A stretch of 63,786 nucleotides of DNA, taken from positions 67,010-130,795 of the forward strand of contig NMRA01000593.1 in assembly GCA_002633005.1 (NCBI GenBank). The letters are read 5' to 3'. This stretch comes from Phoronis australis. Its lineage: Eukaryota > Animalia > Phoronida. The position numbers and the translations under genes were made by a program. Positions 36,565-63,786 of this stretch are shown here, in pieces. Under the pieces are notes generated by a model that made no database searches, was not told where the DNA came from, and saw only the letters and a program-made list of their open reading frames with translations. Every line of letters starts with the position of its first letter. The stretch's first letter is position 1.

Positions 36565-38740
36565 TGTCTCGTCCACCAACATATCGAAAATGTCTTAAAA
36601 TGATGCCAAAATGTGGATTACTAATAACAGAATATGTTTATTCGGTGAATGAATAAATCGTGCTTACATCGTTGTTTACGCTGGCACGCCACCTGGTGGA
36701 TCACAAATACCTCGCTGCATTTCAATAAATTGGGATTTCTGAGATCATAAAGTAGACTTAGGTGATGTGAATAATCTAAGGCGATTAGTTTCTTCTTCAA
36801 TAAATTGCCGTTTACTATTCATAACGGGGTTACGATAACAAGGAAGACGTTTTGAGATTAGTTTGTACGCAATTTTTTTGTTTGGTAGCCACCTGTAGTG
36901 ATAAAACAGTTTATTTTGCGAGGACTGAAATCAGCTTATCTGGTTGTTAGGTATTAATTATACTATTAGCAATAGACCGAAACATGCTCCCATGCCATAG
37001 TAAGTTGGGGTTAAAGAGAAATATAATGAAAACATGACAATCTTATCATTTTATAGACTTGTGCCAAATGATATCCCGGTGATGACAGTGTTTGTTACAT
37101 TCAACAGGCACATCATTTCATACCATTTACACTGCGCACCTGTTTCCTTGACTTCTTAAATCCAATTCAATTTCCTTGTTTTGTTAAAAAAGCCATAACC
37201 GGCGTTCCGTAAAAGAAGAGAAGTTTTGATTTAGACCACTTACTTATAGAAAGCCAAAGACGAAAAAATTCGAGGACACAAATTTTCTATTCTGCAGGGT
37301 CAAAAATGTAATCCAAAATTTATTGCACCAGGTGAGGACTCAATGTATCATATCAGGGCCGAAAATTTATCACGCCAGGACCGAAAATTTAGTATCACTC
37401 CAGGACAGGGAATTTCATGCCAGCACAAATTTTGTAAAGCCGCTATAAAATACGCCTTGGTGTTAAAATGTTCAATTTTCTGAATAAGTCAATATGCACT
37501 TCCAAAACAATAAAAGACAACATGATCTTGTCGTGTAATCTAATCAGCAAAGGGCTTGTCATTGGGTCCTGCAATTGAAGCGCTTTTAAAAAGATCGAAT
37601 AGTGTATGCTTAGTGAACAATATGTTTAAGGTAAAATAGCTCAAAGACAAAGTCTGTGGCCCCTTATTTTTTTTTTACTTCACAGAAAACACGATGGCGT
37701 AAAAATAAAAAGTGAAGAAGTAACATCAATAATGTAAATTTTTGTAGAAGCCAAAACTCTAAAAACTTATGGTACTCAAAATCCAGAAAATCGAGAGCTA
37801 ATTTTCAGTATCTCATGAAAATTTTGCATTTTGCCAGAGGTTGGTCTGTTTTAGTGCCTGTAACGGAAACTAATTTGATGACCCTACGTTTTTGCAGATA
37901 TGTAGTAGGTAATGACCATGAAAAAATAAAGTATATTTTCTTCAAAAATGGGTGGTGAATTAAGACTGTGTTAAAATGGCATCAGAAAGGTTTCGGTTTG
38001 GTTTTGGCTTGTTTTTTAATTTCCACTTCTGTCGTCAGTTTAGGAACCACCACAGATCGGTAGGCTGTGGAGAAACTGGCTGTGAATCACTTTGAAAAAA
38101 AAACGTGAATCAAACTAGTATACGCAAACAGATCGCCTCTCCCGGATGCTTGACCGGTGCATGTTGTTCTCACAGCAGTCGAGATTGTGTGAAGCGTTCT
38201 ACAATTATGGTTTCAACTGAGGTTGCCGTAGAAGTCATCCAAGAAACGTTACCTTGGGAAACAATGAGATCTTTTATAGGAAATAAAGCCGCATCCAGTC
38301 GCAGAAACTACATTGTAATTTAGACTACTTGTTTCTTACACAGGCTCTGTAAATATAATGATCCGCCGTGACAAATCACTTGTAGAGGCAGCACTATCAA
38401 TTCTTTCCAAGTCCGGAAATTGCATTATTTTCTCCAACGAATAATTTGAGACCAATTTCGTAACAGTAAGTGTTATAAATTCTTATTTTTCTTTGGTGAC
38501 TGAAGTTGGATTTCTACATAGCTAGATCATTATTTAGTTTTGTCGAACGTTTAGGTTAAAATACTAGAGATGGTTACTTCATTGTTTGTACAATTCAAGG
38601 TGAATTATAAGCTTCTCCGCATCGTTGAAAGAATGAAGGTTTCGGGAATTCTTTTTTGTTGTTGGGAGTCGTGCAGAGCTAAGAATTATTTCTGAAACAC
38701 GTCGTTATGCCCCGGGTTGGATCCTAAAATTGTCCAATGT

Positions 38741-38986
38741 CAGAGGCGGATCTACAGGGGGGTTCAGGGGGTTTAAGCCCCCCCCCCCCCCCCGATCGGG
38801 ACAGGATCAAAAATAAAAAATGGAAAAAAATCGCCAGAAAAACGAAATTAGCTACTAAAAATCCAAAAAAATCTTACACGGGAGGAGGGAAATCCTCTCG
38901 CGACCTTCCTTCTCCTCGGCGCTACGCGCCTCGGATTCTCTCGAATCCTAACCCCCCCCCCCACTGAAATCGTAGATCTGCCACTG
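38741..38986. mobile_element. GC-rich MITE (CAGAGGCGGATCTAC TIR) with 5-bp TSD AATGT
   Basis: CAGAGGCGGATCTAC ... GTAGATCTGCCACTG flanked by AATGT/AATGT. A close relative is at about 24246-24452. Confidence 0.8.
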
Positions 38987-41900
38987 AATGTCACTTTCTA
39001 AAACCGGTTTTTGACTGTTATGGTTGTGGATAGGTCCTGTGGGACAGATACGCCGAGTAGCATGAGTAACCATAGATGTAAGATGTGCTTGTCTTTGCGT
39101 AGAACTCTAATGAAAATTCCTTCTGTTCTTAGGTCTCTTCAGTGGACAAACTTGCGCGCTACAACGGCACTCTGTTTTGCAACAGAAAACTACCACCAGG
39201 TGGTGCTTCAATATGTGTGACCTTGACATTGTTGTTGGGATCAAAAATGGCATTGCCTACGCTTCTCCGTATTCTATTCCATGCCCATGAAAAGAACAGG
39301 AGTTCGTTACACTATTTTTGTAATTTCGAATCTTGGCTGGAATAAGTTAATTGAGAGGAAGATTTTTCTTTATTTTTAATAGTATCCGAATACAATTGCT
39401 GGCCCAAGAAACCAAAGCCACAAGGCACAAGGGCAAAAGCTGATAGTGATAAGCAAGGCGGAGCAGCCGAAGCAAAGGCAAGGCCAAAGCTGAGTGTCTG
39501 TAGTCTACGTGCCTTGTTAAAACAATATCTGTGGTGTGAGTTCAAGCTAATTGTTTAAGAAGGTTAAATAAGAGTTCTAATCTTAGGTGAGACACTCGCC
39601 CGTGTCGTTGCATATAGGACTACTTGTAATTGTGGTTAGCTTTGTAAGTGTAACTTTTCATTTTGACCTGTGTGGTGATCGGGGATGTAGACACCGGTGA
39701 CCTAAAGTCGTGAATATAAGCAAACAGAGGCAGATCCAGGATTTTGAGTTAGGGGGTCCAGGGCAGAGTATTAGCCAGGATTTTGCCCATCAGACATTCG
39801 ACCACAGGATGCAGAATTTTAGGGGGGGCCATGGCCCTTGGCCCCCCTCTAAATCGCCACTGGAATAGGCCTAATAAGCAACTGATTGTCATACTACCCA
39901 ATGTCCGTTAGCAATTGCTCATGTGATGTCATAGACATATATCAGCCTTCACAAATAGACGTGTTTTGGCAATCTTAACCCTTGTCTGTCTCCGTAAGCA
40001 GAGTTTTGAAACGGTCACTGATATCGCCGGCCATTTTGAATGAGGCCGTAAAGTCGTGACCATTTCGTTTCGATGGAAATGCACGAAGTAAGACCACACA
40101 AGTCAACTACAGTGCTTACAGTTACTCGAGTTCAGGAGCTTCATACGCCGGAAGGTATTCAGCGAATTTTGCCTCACACTGACTCAAAGTAACCTTGTTA
40201 TAAATACCTTAATTCTGCAAATGCAGGGACACCTAATTAGGAGGCCATCGATGTATTTGATTTCTTCCTTCGAAGAAATACTCCTGTTATCAAACTTTTT
40301 CTTTGAGCAGTCTCTCATGCAGTTTCCAAAATTGGTGACTGGCCATTTTTACACTGCGCACGATAGAGGATATGACATACCACCTGCCGCATGCAGGAAG
40401 TAATCAAATACATCGACAGCCTCATAAGGTGTCCCTCCATGTGCACAAGGTATTTATAAATACGTGACTTCGATGTTTTAGTGTGTGTGAGGCATAATTC
40501 ACCGCAAAACGTCTGGCGTATGAAGCTCTTATACTAGCTACACTGTCTATAGTCTGCTGCAGATGGTGGTCACTGTCTATAGTGCTACCTTGTGAACTGG
40601 CTCTGGATGATGGGGAGATGAAATTAATTGCGAACTCACTCCTTACCCACGCATTGCAAACGGGCCGTTTTGCAGCTATCTTTTTTATGAGCACTGCCTG
40701 AGAAATCGGTTTCGCATTATATCCAGGTTCTCATTCACTCCTGTCTCTTGTAAGACCAAGCCCAGAGGAGTAGGAGACAATTTTATGCACATGCTTTTTT
40801 GTTGCCCATGGAACATGTGTTCCAGTTTAGAAGGTGTAGTGTTCAGTCTATGGCAACCATTTTAAGTGACAAATTATCACTTCTGATGAGCAAGAGATGA
40901 CTGAAGCTTAAGTTACTATCTCATTTCTGATGTTACAATTTTTGTCTCTTTACTTTCTATGTGAATGTTGACTTACTTAAGTTTAAGTTGTACACATAGA
41001 GCATCCAATTTAGTCAAAAGATTAAAGTGCATGTGCAACTGTAGTGGAGACAAAACATCAAGCATCTTTTGAAAGCATTTGTTAAACCTTCTTTATCACA
41101 AAACATTGGCAAGTTTGGTTTGCAGAAACAACTCTCGATAACTAAAATTAGTAGTTATTCAGAATGGTCCAAAAGCACCATATTTTATATTCCGTCATAA
41201 ATTTGTGTTTTACAACATTTTTTGATATTTTTCAGATGTAGGCACAAGGCATGTTTGGACAGCAGATTGATATTGTCGAGGTGTACTTTTCCACAAAATT
41301 GGTGCTGGCAAGATTTTAGCAGGAACGGGGCACCTGATAGGAGGGCAAGTGAGTTATGGGTAGAAAATTGCAAGATGTCACAAACGCCAACCTCATTCAT
41401 CCAGAAGCCTCCATTGCGATGATTATTTTTGTGGACCCTTTCTATTTCAAATCTAATAAGCCAAGTTCGTTTTCACTGTTGTGACTGATATCCCTATAAA
41501 ATGCTAGTCATTCTGCTTTATGTATTGCATATTACATATTGCCTTTCCACATTTTGCATTTTAAAAGGAAATAGTTGAAGGTCTAAGTTGAGAATCATTA
41601 TACGGTAATTGATGACTTCGAAATGACAACAGTTTGTGACAGAAAGCGAGTTCATTTTCTCGAGGATTTCTCGAGTCATTCCTGCAAAGTCTGAATGTTG
41701 GGAGTTTTGACTTGAAGAGAATTGTTCACCATGATGTGTATTAGCATTTCCTTCGCTTCTGATCTCCTAAAATTTGTCCACCGAAACGTTCAGTGATTTT
41801 TCTGTTGTGTGCATTATTTCTTCCAAAATCTCATCTCCACTGTCTTTGTGTCAAACGAGTTTAAAAAAATTATCTACCTAGTAATATCTGATTCATAACT

Positions 41901-42096
41901 GTGTCAAAAGAATCTTCTAGACCTGACGTATATACTACCTGAAAAACATAGATTAATGATGTAAAACACAACTTTAGTTTCCGGGCCAACTATGAAGGTT
42001 TAAATCTAAACAAAAAAAAGATGATTTTACATTTCAATTGTATTTACAGGGCTTGACGTTATTGTGCAGCTGTAACTAAGGCAGTTGTACGTTGCC

Positions 42097-45000
42097 ATGG
42101 CAATCAACTTTTGTCAACCATGTTTCCAACCTAGGATTCATTGTGATAAAGTCTGCACAGATGGATACGAGGTGGAGAATCTGATCAAAGAAACGGGTCG
42201 AGGATTCCTGTGTGAACGCTTCATCAAGCCGCCTGTGAACGTGGTGCTTGAGTTTCCATGCAATATTGAGATTCACAGTGTCGTAGTCAATCCAGTAAGT
42301 TTGACTAGTACTCGTTTCTATTAAAAAGGTGCTTGCGCGGTCTATTGGAAAAGGTGAGATCCACTCACAGGACAGTTTACATGTATTGCAGTCTCTTAAA
42401 GGCCTTGTTGAATGTGATTCCAGCAGTTCTAAGGGTCTTAAAACATGTTATGGAGAAACCATCAGCACCTACAGGGTCATCCTACTGAAATCTGTGAGCG
42501 AAACATACTTAACAGTATGCACTTGGCACAATCTTGAGCCAAGTGACACTCTGCCATTTTACATTTACTGCAAAGTCATAATTGAGGTTTACTTGGTTAA
42601 CATAAAATCGAGCAATATTGGAGCAATCAAGTAAGACTGTTCAACATTAAGGATATTCATACAATTGGCGAAAAAATAAAATTACGACTGGCCTCACTCT
42701 TCCAAGTAATTGAAGAATCTGGGTGAATACCAGCGGTTGTTGTGACAGGATAACACCACTTGGTGGTAGTGACAATAAAACTTTTTTCAATTGGAGACAA
42801 AATTCTGAAATTTGTAAACAATTTATTGACCTTGACAGACTTCAGTCAGCTTGCATGAACAGTGAGCAATGGCTTAGTTCTTAGAGTTCAACAGAAAAAG
42901 CTTCAATAAGAATACTTGACACGTGGGCAAATAATAATCGTGAATGAAATTAAAAGTATATTTTTATTTTCACCGCATGCATTCACATAGGCTTCTATCA
43001 GAGCCCCCACATAGAATACAGCACCTCAGCGGGACGACCGCTTAATTGCCCGCTGGCCTGAGACCCAAAAAATTAAAATAAAATGTATTTACAGCATCAT
43101 GCTCCTGACATTGGAATAGTTCCCTATCGCATACACTGAGCTAATAAACTACAGTTTACTTAACTCTTCCCATGAAGCGCCACTTTTTGACCAGTTTTGC
43201 ACTTTGATTAGTTATTTGCTGGCGTTTTTTACAGACAACTGTGAATATTGATTATAAACTTTTTAACGTTAATGTTTTGTCTTACATAAAGTGGGCACGT
43301 TGTATCAGACTATTACCCCCTCCTGACCTAAAACCAAAGGGAATTACCAGGACAGTTAGTAATGTTGTTAAGCCAATCTGTAATAATAATTTTGATGCCT
43401 CATAATTTTTGCTGTTAGCAGAATGACTTGCCATGAGGACAATAGTACTTTTTATCACTGTTGTCTGTTATCTGGGTGTTTATGGTAATTACCCCTTAGT
43501 CTACTGTACATAACTTAGTCTACTGTACATAACTTAGTCTACTGTACATAACTTAGTCTACTGTACATAACTTAGTCTACTGTACATAAGACTATTTATC
43601 TTGAAGTTTGACACATAATGTCATGGTTGATTTTAATGTCAATATCACGTACTCTTGTGTTCTTATTACAAACAATTTCAGTCTAATCATTAATTGATTG
43701 TTGACTGTTTTTGTTGAATATTCAGCCAGCACAGAAGGTAATATTGTTTGTTAACACTGCTAAATAGGTGTTATTTGATTGTAGGTGCTTGGATCTCAGA
43801 AAACGACAGGAATAGAACTTCTTTGTCAAAGTGTGCGTAATCGACCTTGTTGGTTAACCGCAGAAAGACAGCCTACAACAGTTGCCTCAACAAATGGTAT
43901 TTTCTCCCCTGTTGGTCGTTGGTTCTCCAATGACGTGCATCAAATATCCTTCAAGAATTACTCATTTCGGTCTCGACCACCGTACTCATCATTATCCTTT
44001 TGTTCAAACAGTCTGACACAGGGAGATGAGATTGAATTGCGAAGCCATAATTCAGCACTGTTGCGTTGCTCTAGTCATGTCATGTTGAGGCTTGTCAGGA
44101 CGTCTGGTGGTGGTATACCTGCCATCCGTTCTATACAGGTTTGGGGCCAGCCGTCTGCCTCTTGTGACCAGGATGTAGTGAACAGGGTCCTTCATGTTTA
44201 CAGAAATGTATTTGTCAATCAAGGAGATAAAGCTAATTATCGTTCAAGAAGTGACACAGTAGGCAATAACAAGAGAGTAGATGGTAATTGCATCATGAAA
44301 TCTGCTGAAGTCTTGGAAGCAGTGCCTGTTTCTAACCATAACAGGTCTTTCTCACATATGACTAAAGATGGCGTTGAAATTCCAGCAGAATTCTTGGACC
44401 CATTAACATGTGAAGTGATGTCTCTTCCTGTTTTATTACCATCAGGTCACACCGTTGACCAAGTAACGCTAGATAAACATGCCACTGCAGAATCTTCATG
44501 GGGTCGTTCAGCCAGCGACCCCTTCACGGGGGTTCTATTTAGTCGTAACAGTAAGCCGGTGTCTAATATTTCGCTTAAGGCAAGAATTGATAAGTTTTTG
44601 CTGGAAAATAATGTTGACATTTCTGAAGTAGCGAGGACCATTGGATCAAGGAAAGACATTTTGTCCCACCATAATAGTAATTGGTTGAGAAATGGACTGC
44701 CTGAGGATGAAACTAGAGAGTCATCTGGTGAACAATCCTTGGAAACACATAGACAAACAACGCCCTGTCAGACTGGAACAAGTACTGGCATTGTTGACAG
44801 TGAGAAGCGAAAATCTTCAGTAGAATGTGACCATCCGTTGGGTAAAAGGTGCAAGGTTGAAACTCCGCCCACAAAGAAAAGCCATACATCCCACCACTTA
44901 AACTCAAGTCTTGCTGCTGCTATATCTAGCACTTTGACTCGTTTTCCATCTCACCGTAAGCCACAGAAGGCGCAAGTGGTAAACCAACAGTCCGTGGACA

Positions 45001-45170
45001 CTAAGACAAGAGAATGTCGGACATGTGGTGATGCATACAAGTCTGGGTACATATTGAAATGTGGACACTTTATGTGTCGTAACTGTGTTCTCCACTCAGA
45101 TGATAAGGTGTGTGTAGTCTGTAGCTCTCCCTGGTCGACCAGTGATGTCACGAGAATTCATGTAAATTAA
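42097..45170 (+). CDS. UBOX5: RING finger protein 37 / U-box domain-containing protein 5 (E3 ubiquitin ligase), 2 coding exons, about 527 aa
   Basis: Exon 1 is 42097-42294 (gccATGG start; MAINFCQPCFQPRIHCDKVCTDGYEVENLI...FIKPPVNVVLEFPCNIEI; GTAAGT donor, phase 0). Exon 2 is 43785-45170 after a TAG acceptor. It carries a U-box (IPAEFLDPLTCEVMSLPVLLPSGHTVDQVTLDKH...SDPFTG) and a C-terminal RING (CRTC...LKCGHFMCRNC...CVVC) ending DVTRIHVN*. Confidence 0.93.
43494..43589. repeat. 19-bp minisatellite x5 in the UBOX5 intron
   Basis: (CTTAGTCTACTGTACATAA) repeated five times, essentially perfect. Confidence 0.95.
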
Positions 45171-47902
45171 ATGTTGATCAGAATTTTGGTGGTTTCTTGA
45201 ATTTTACAAAAACGATTTTGTTCCGAAAAGATATTCTTTTTGTTTCATTTTAGTTAAAAACGTCCTGAAATGGATTTTAAAGAGACATGGAACGCGAAGG
45301 CTCATCAAACATCTCTTTTAAACAATTCCTGACGAAAGTACCATCTTACAATGTTTAGTAAACAGCAACTTGTTTTCTCTGTGAGGAAATTTCCAGAAAA
45401 AATCACAAAATTCACGATTTTTGAAATACGCACGAAGGAAAACCTGTGGTTACCATAAAGTTTCTGATCTCCCTCCCACTTAAGATAAATGTGCGCATGC
45501 GCTCACAGTCATTTGCTTGAAGTCGCCTGAGGTCAAAAGTCACATTTTCCATATAAGGGAAAGGTGCTACGTTTGTATCTTGCCTTACCAAATAAGGAGA
45601 TGTGCTGTGCCTTGTGGGAGAAAAATCCACGAAGTGACGAGCAGTTGACAGATCGCTCTTTTTTAATTTGAAATTGAAAGGAAATGCTATGATCAGTGGT
45701 GGATTTAGTGGGGGCGATGCCCCCCTCCCCCTAAAATTCTACCAGATACCATTTGGCAGTTTGGTGCGAATTGCTGACTAGCACATGCGCGTAAGCAGGG
45801 GGGGGGCTCGTGGGTTGAATAAACAATGCATAGGTCATGACCAAACACCCCAAAATTCGAGACCCCTACATCCCTACATTTTAGGCTGGGCCCGCGCATC
45901 TTCCGAAATTCTTTGCCCTGCCCCCCCCCCCCANNNNNNNNNNNNNNNNNNNNNNNNNNNNNNNNNNNNNNNNNNNNNNNNNNNNNNCCCCTGGTAATAT
46001 CAACAGAAATTAAAAATGTTTAGGAACAAACCCTAAAAATACCTGTGAGCAGTTTGAATTGTGTTTCAGTGGCAGAAAACCACTTTCAATATTGCAGTTT
46101 AGTCTGTTTATCGCGTTCCAGTCATCTTTAAGTCAGTCGAACCTTAAGTCCAAATAATGCGCAATCAATACAATTTCAAATATTTTCAAACTTAACTGAA
46201 TTTTGATATGATTTTTGTAATGGATTTCAACAATGCCCAGGACAAAACATTGAAGTTATTTACTGATATTAACTACTGACATTCAATTGTACAAATTATA
46301 TACGTTTTACGTAAGATAATGAATGTTTTGCATACCTACCTTCGCCAGAGGAGTGAGGATAGGACGGGAAAATACAATGTTTTTATAAGGGCGGTCTTTT
46401 GACATATGTTTCAACACTACTTCTGTTACTACCTGTGGCTTGTCTCCGATCCACTGAATCGGCAATCTGGAGAGCCAAGGTAGCAATGAAACTTGAGGTA
46501 TAGTATGAAAGTAAGGCATATTTAATGTAATAATCAAAAAATTAAATTCCGCCACAACACTGCTTGACAAGCTCAATGTTATGTCCCGTCTCCTTGCAAA
46601 ACATGGCATACCTCTCGCTGGATGTCCTGGCCTAGCTAATGCGCTGTGTTGATAGTCACGTGATGGGTTTAGGCAGTGATGGAGTGGGGCTGTCGTTTGT
46701 ACGCTACTGTGTGTGTTTATATAAAGTAAGCCAAGAGAAATGTGATCAAACCTTGGAAGCGTGAAACGGTGGGAACCAGTTTTGGAATTAGTCAATTTAG
46801 CTAGACGGCAAACTAGTTTCTGAATGGTATGTACCGTGGTGGAGATATATATATATATCAGTCTGATAAACCACATGGTGACGTCACCACGAGTCTAACC
46901 CACCCCTCCACCAGTCGTAATTCGTCATCTTTCCCAACCCCCTCCCTCCTCGAGTGATGACGTGATACGTGAACGCTCCCTTAAAGACTCTAATGACGCT
47001 CAAATTCAACCTCCAACAGACATACTCAGTATTAACTCAAAGTGTACAGAGGGTACACACACTGCACGGGCACGGGACAGGTCATTTTCAAAGAGACCAC
47101 GATGCTAAACCTGGGCGACTACCACCCATTTTGTTTTTATAACTTCATTAAAACACAATCCCTAAAATCAGTCGAAACTGCTAACTCGGTAGTTCTATTT
47201 GTCTGGCAATGGGTACATGGCAATACTGAGTCCGAAGGTGCACTAGTCGGAATGAGTGCACGTTCCTCTGCACTGCTTTCTTGTTTGGCAGTATCAGTAA
47301 AAATTCTAGTATTGGCAACTGAGTGGTTGGGGCTTCGTGTCTAGGATGTGACGACAATAGAAAATTAATAAAAATGTACATTTATACAATTAACGCATTT
47401 CTATTCAACTTTAAATGTGAAACTTGTTCAAAGTATACATAAGTGTTAGTACAAACAAGAAATGTGTTAGAAAATTTCACAAAACTAGTGATATAACGTG
47501 TACAATGCTGCCACAATAAATATTATTGCAGTGTTAAGACTTGGTTACAATTAAAATTCACTCTTGTACTCTGATTAACGATCTGATACTAATTGATTAT
47601 GATACGTTTAAGCATTGAGTTCAGTACCCGTGTTCTTTTTAAGCAACGTCATGTTTTTAAGTAGTGCTCGCTTTGGAAAGAGTCTTGACTTCTGTTGCTC
47701 GTTTATCAAATTTCCATCTTTGTCACCTGCAGAATTTCGTCATGGCAGGGGAGTTGTGATAATGTGTTTCCTCCCAGTACTGATCAGGGCTGTTGTTAAA
47801 ATGGCGAATTACTTGGCAGAAATGAATTTATGACGTTCTCTTGCAAAACGAAGCAAATACTACTGGAATGAGCTTATGGTGATAACAACTGCAGCAATTT
47901 GT

Positions 47903-63006
<15,104 letters not shown>

Positions 63007-63786
63007 CTGAAAACAGTTAAGAGACAGTGAGACGAGCTGTCACCGCAACACAAGTGTTAGTCTGTGACGCGTCACCACCAAACTTCACTCGAGACTCGAC
63101 CCAAAATTGATCACTGAATTATATCGCGTGAAATCTTAATGACTTTTGCGAGGTGTGCCAGAGATTCGTTACCTTTTTTAGTTCCGTCTCGAGCAAAGTT
63201 TCGTCATGGTGTCTTTTTTCAATGAAATCATAGAATTTCGTTTTCAGCAGGTTTAGCCCATCTGCTGATGACTCAGTATAGAGTATTCATTATGTGACAT
63301 TTTGATAAGAAAGTATATAGAATGTCTAATCAGCACTCTAATCAGCAATGGTGTCGAGAGGGGGAGCCAGGGGACCATAGCGGATCAGCCTCGTCCCCAA
63401 GCCTCAAGATGGCGCTGACCGGTTTAACCATTTGAGGCTTGGTTATGGAAATTACCTCCTGCGCAATAATTGGCCGCTACCTTGACGTAATTAAAATAAA
63501 GGAAGATTTTAATCATTTTCACGGGCGTTATTGCAGCCATTCATAAAGCGGGGGCATTGTTTTGGTGAAATAAAGGTTGTTTGCGTACTTATTTTCAATT
63601 ATCATAGAAATTATATCTGTTTTCGAATCAAAATGCAACATTTTTGCAATAATTTAGACATAAATCGCAGCAATATATCGGTAGTTTTTATTTCTATATT
63701 ATACTGCAGAAAATTTCAAAGTTATACTTCTCGTGGCATTCCCGAGACTTCCGTAAAAATGTATCAGAATGGGGCTATTCGGAGAA

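Noticed and set aside
39980-40200. Candidate UBOX5 promoter or non-coding first exon (GCCATTTT YY1-like motif)
   Set aside because: Plausible, since an acceptor precedes the ATG exon at about 42049, but the motif alone is too weak to call.
46307-46876. 189-aa minus-strand ORF
   Set aside because: No recognisable domain or splice context. It lies next to a repeat-like end at about 46880-46984 and is probably a chance ORF.
63173-63261. Possible further upstream exon of the guanylyl cyclase (GLNLLKTKFYDFIEKRHHDETLLETELKK)
   Set aside because: Its apparent donor is phase 0 while the next exon needs phase 1. I could not reconcile this without transcripts, so I left it out of the model.

Overview
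Eukaryotic draft-genome sequence, AT-rich and intron-rich, most likely from a non-vertebrate metazoan. It has N-gaps and single-'n' joins. I reconstructed three spliced protein-coding genes by hand. (1) A minus-strand secreted or extracellular protein (about 1135-30531, probably continuing off the left edge): signal peptide, Cys-rich module, then CCP-CCP-HYR-CCP-CCP-HYR-CCP. (2) A complete plus-strand UBOX5/RNF37 U-box + RING E3 ligase (42097-45170). (3) A minus-strand receptor-type guanylyl cyclase (47903 to >63006, 5' end off the right edge) whose cyclase domain has lost the first metal-binding Asp (SDIVGF to SALPAF). Introns and intergenic DNA are full of mobile DNA: a TTAA-flanked Kolobok-like element nested in a CR1/L2-type LINE remnant, a second THAP-encoding TIR element, foldback MITEs with internal 21-bp arrays, a Helentron-associated-like element, GC-rich MITEs with 5-bp TSDs and tRNA-like SINE heads. 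An intronic relic of a ubiquitin-specific protease His-box is missed by the ORF track. Two tandem duplications meet at single 'n' bases and are probably assembly or haplotype artefacts. I see no convincing wholly new biological system. The best leads are the atypical cyclase, the USP relic and the Kolobok cargo.
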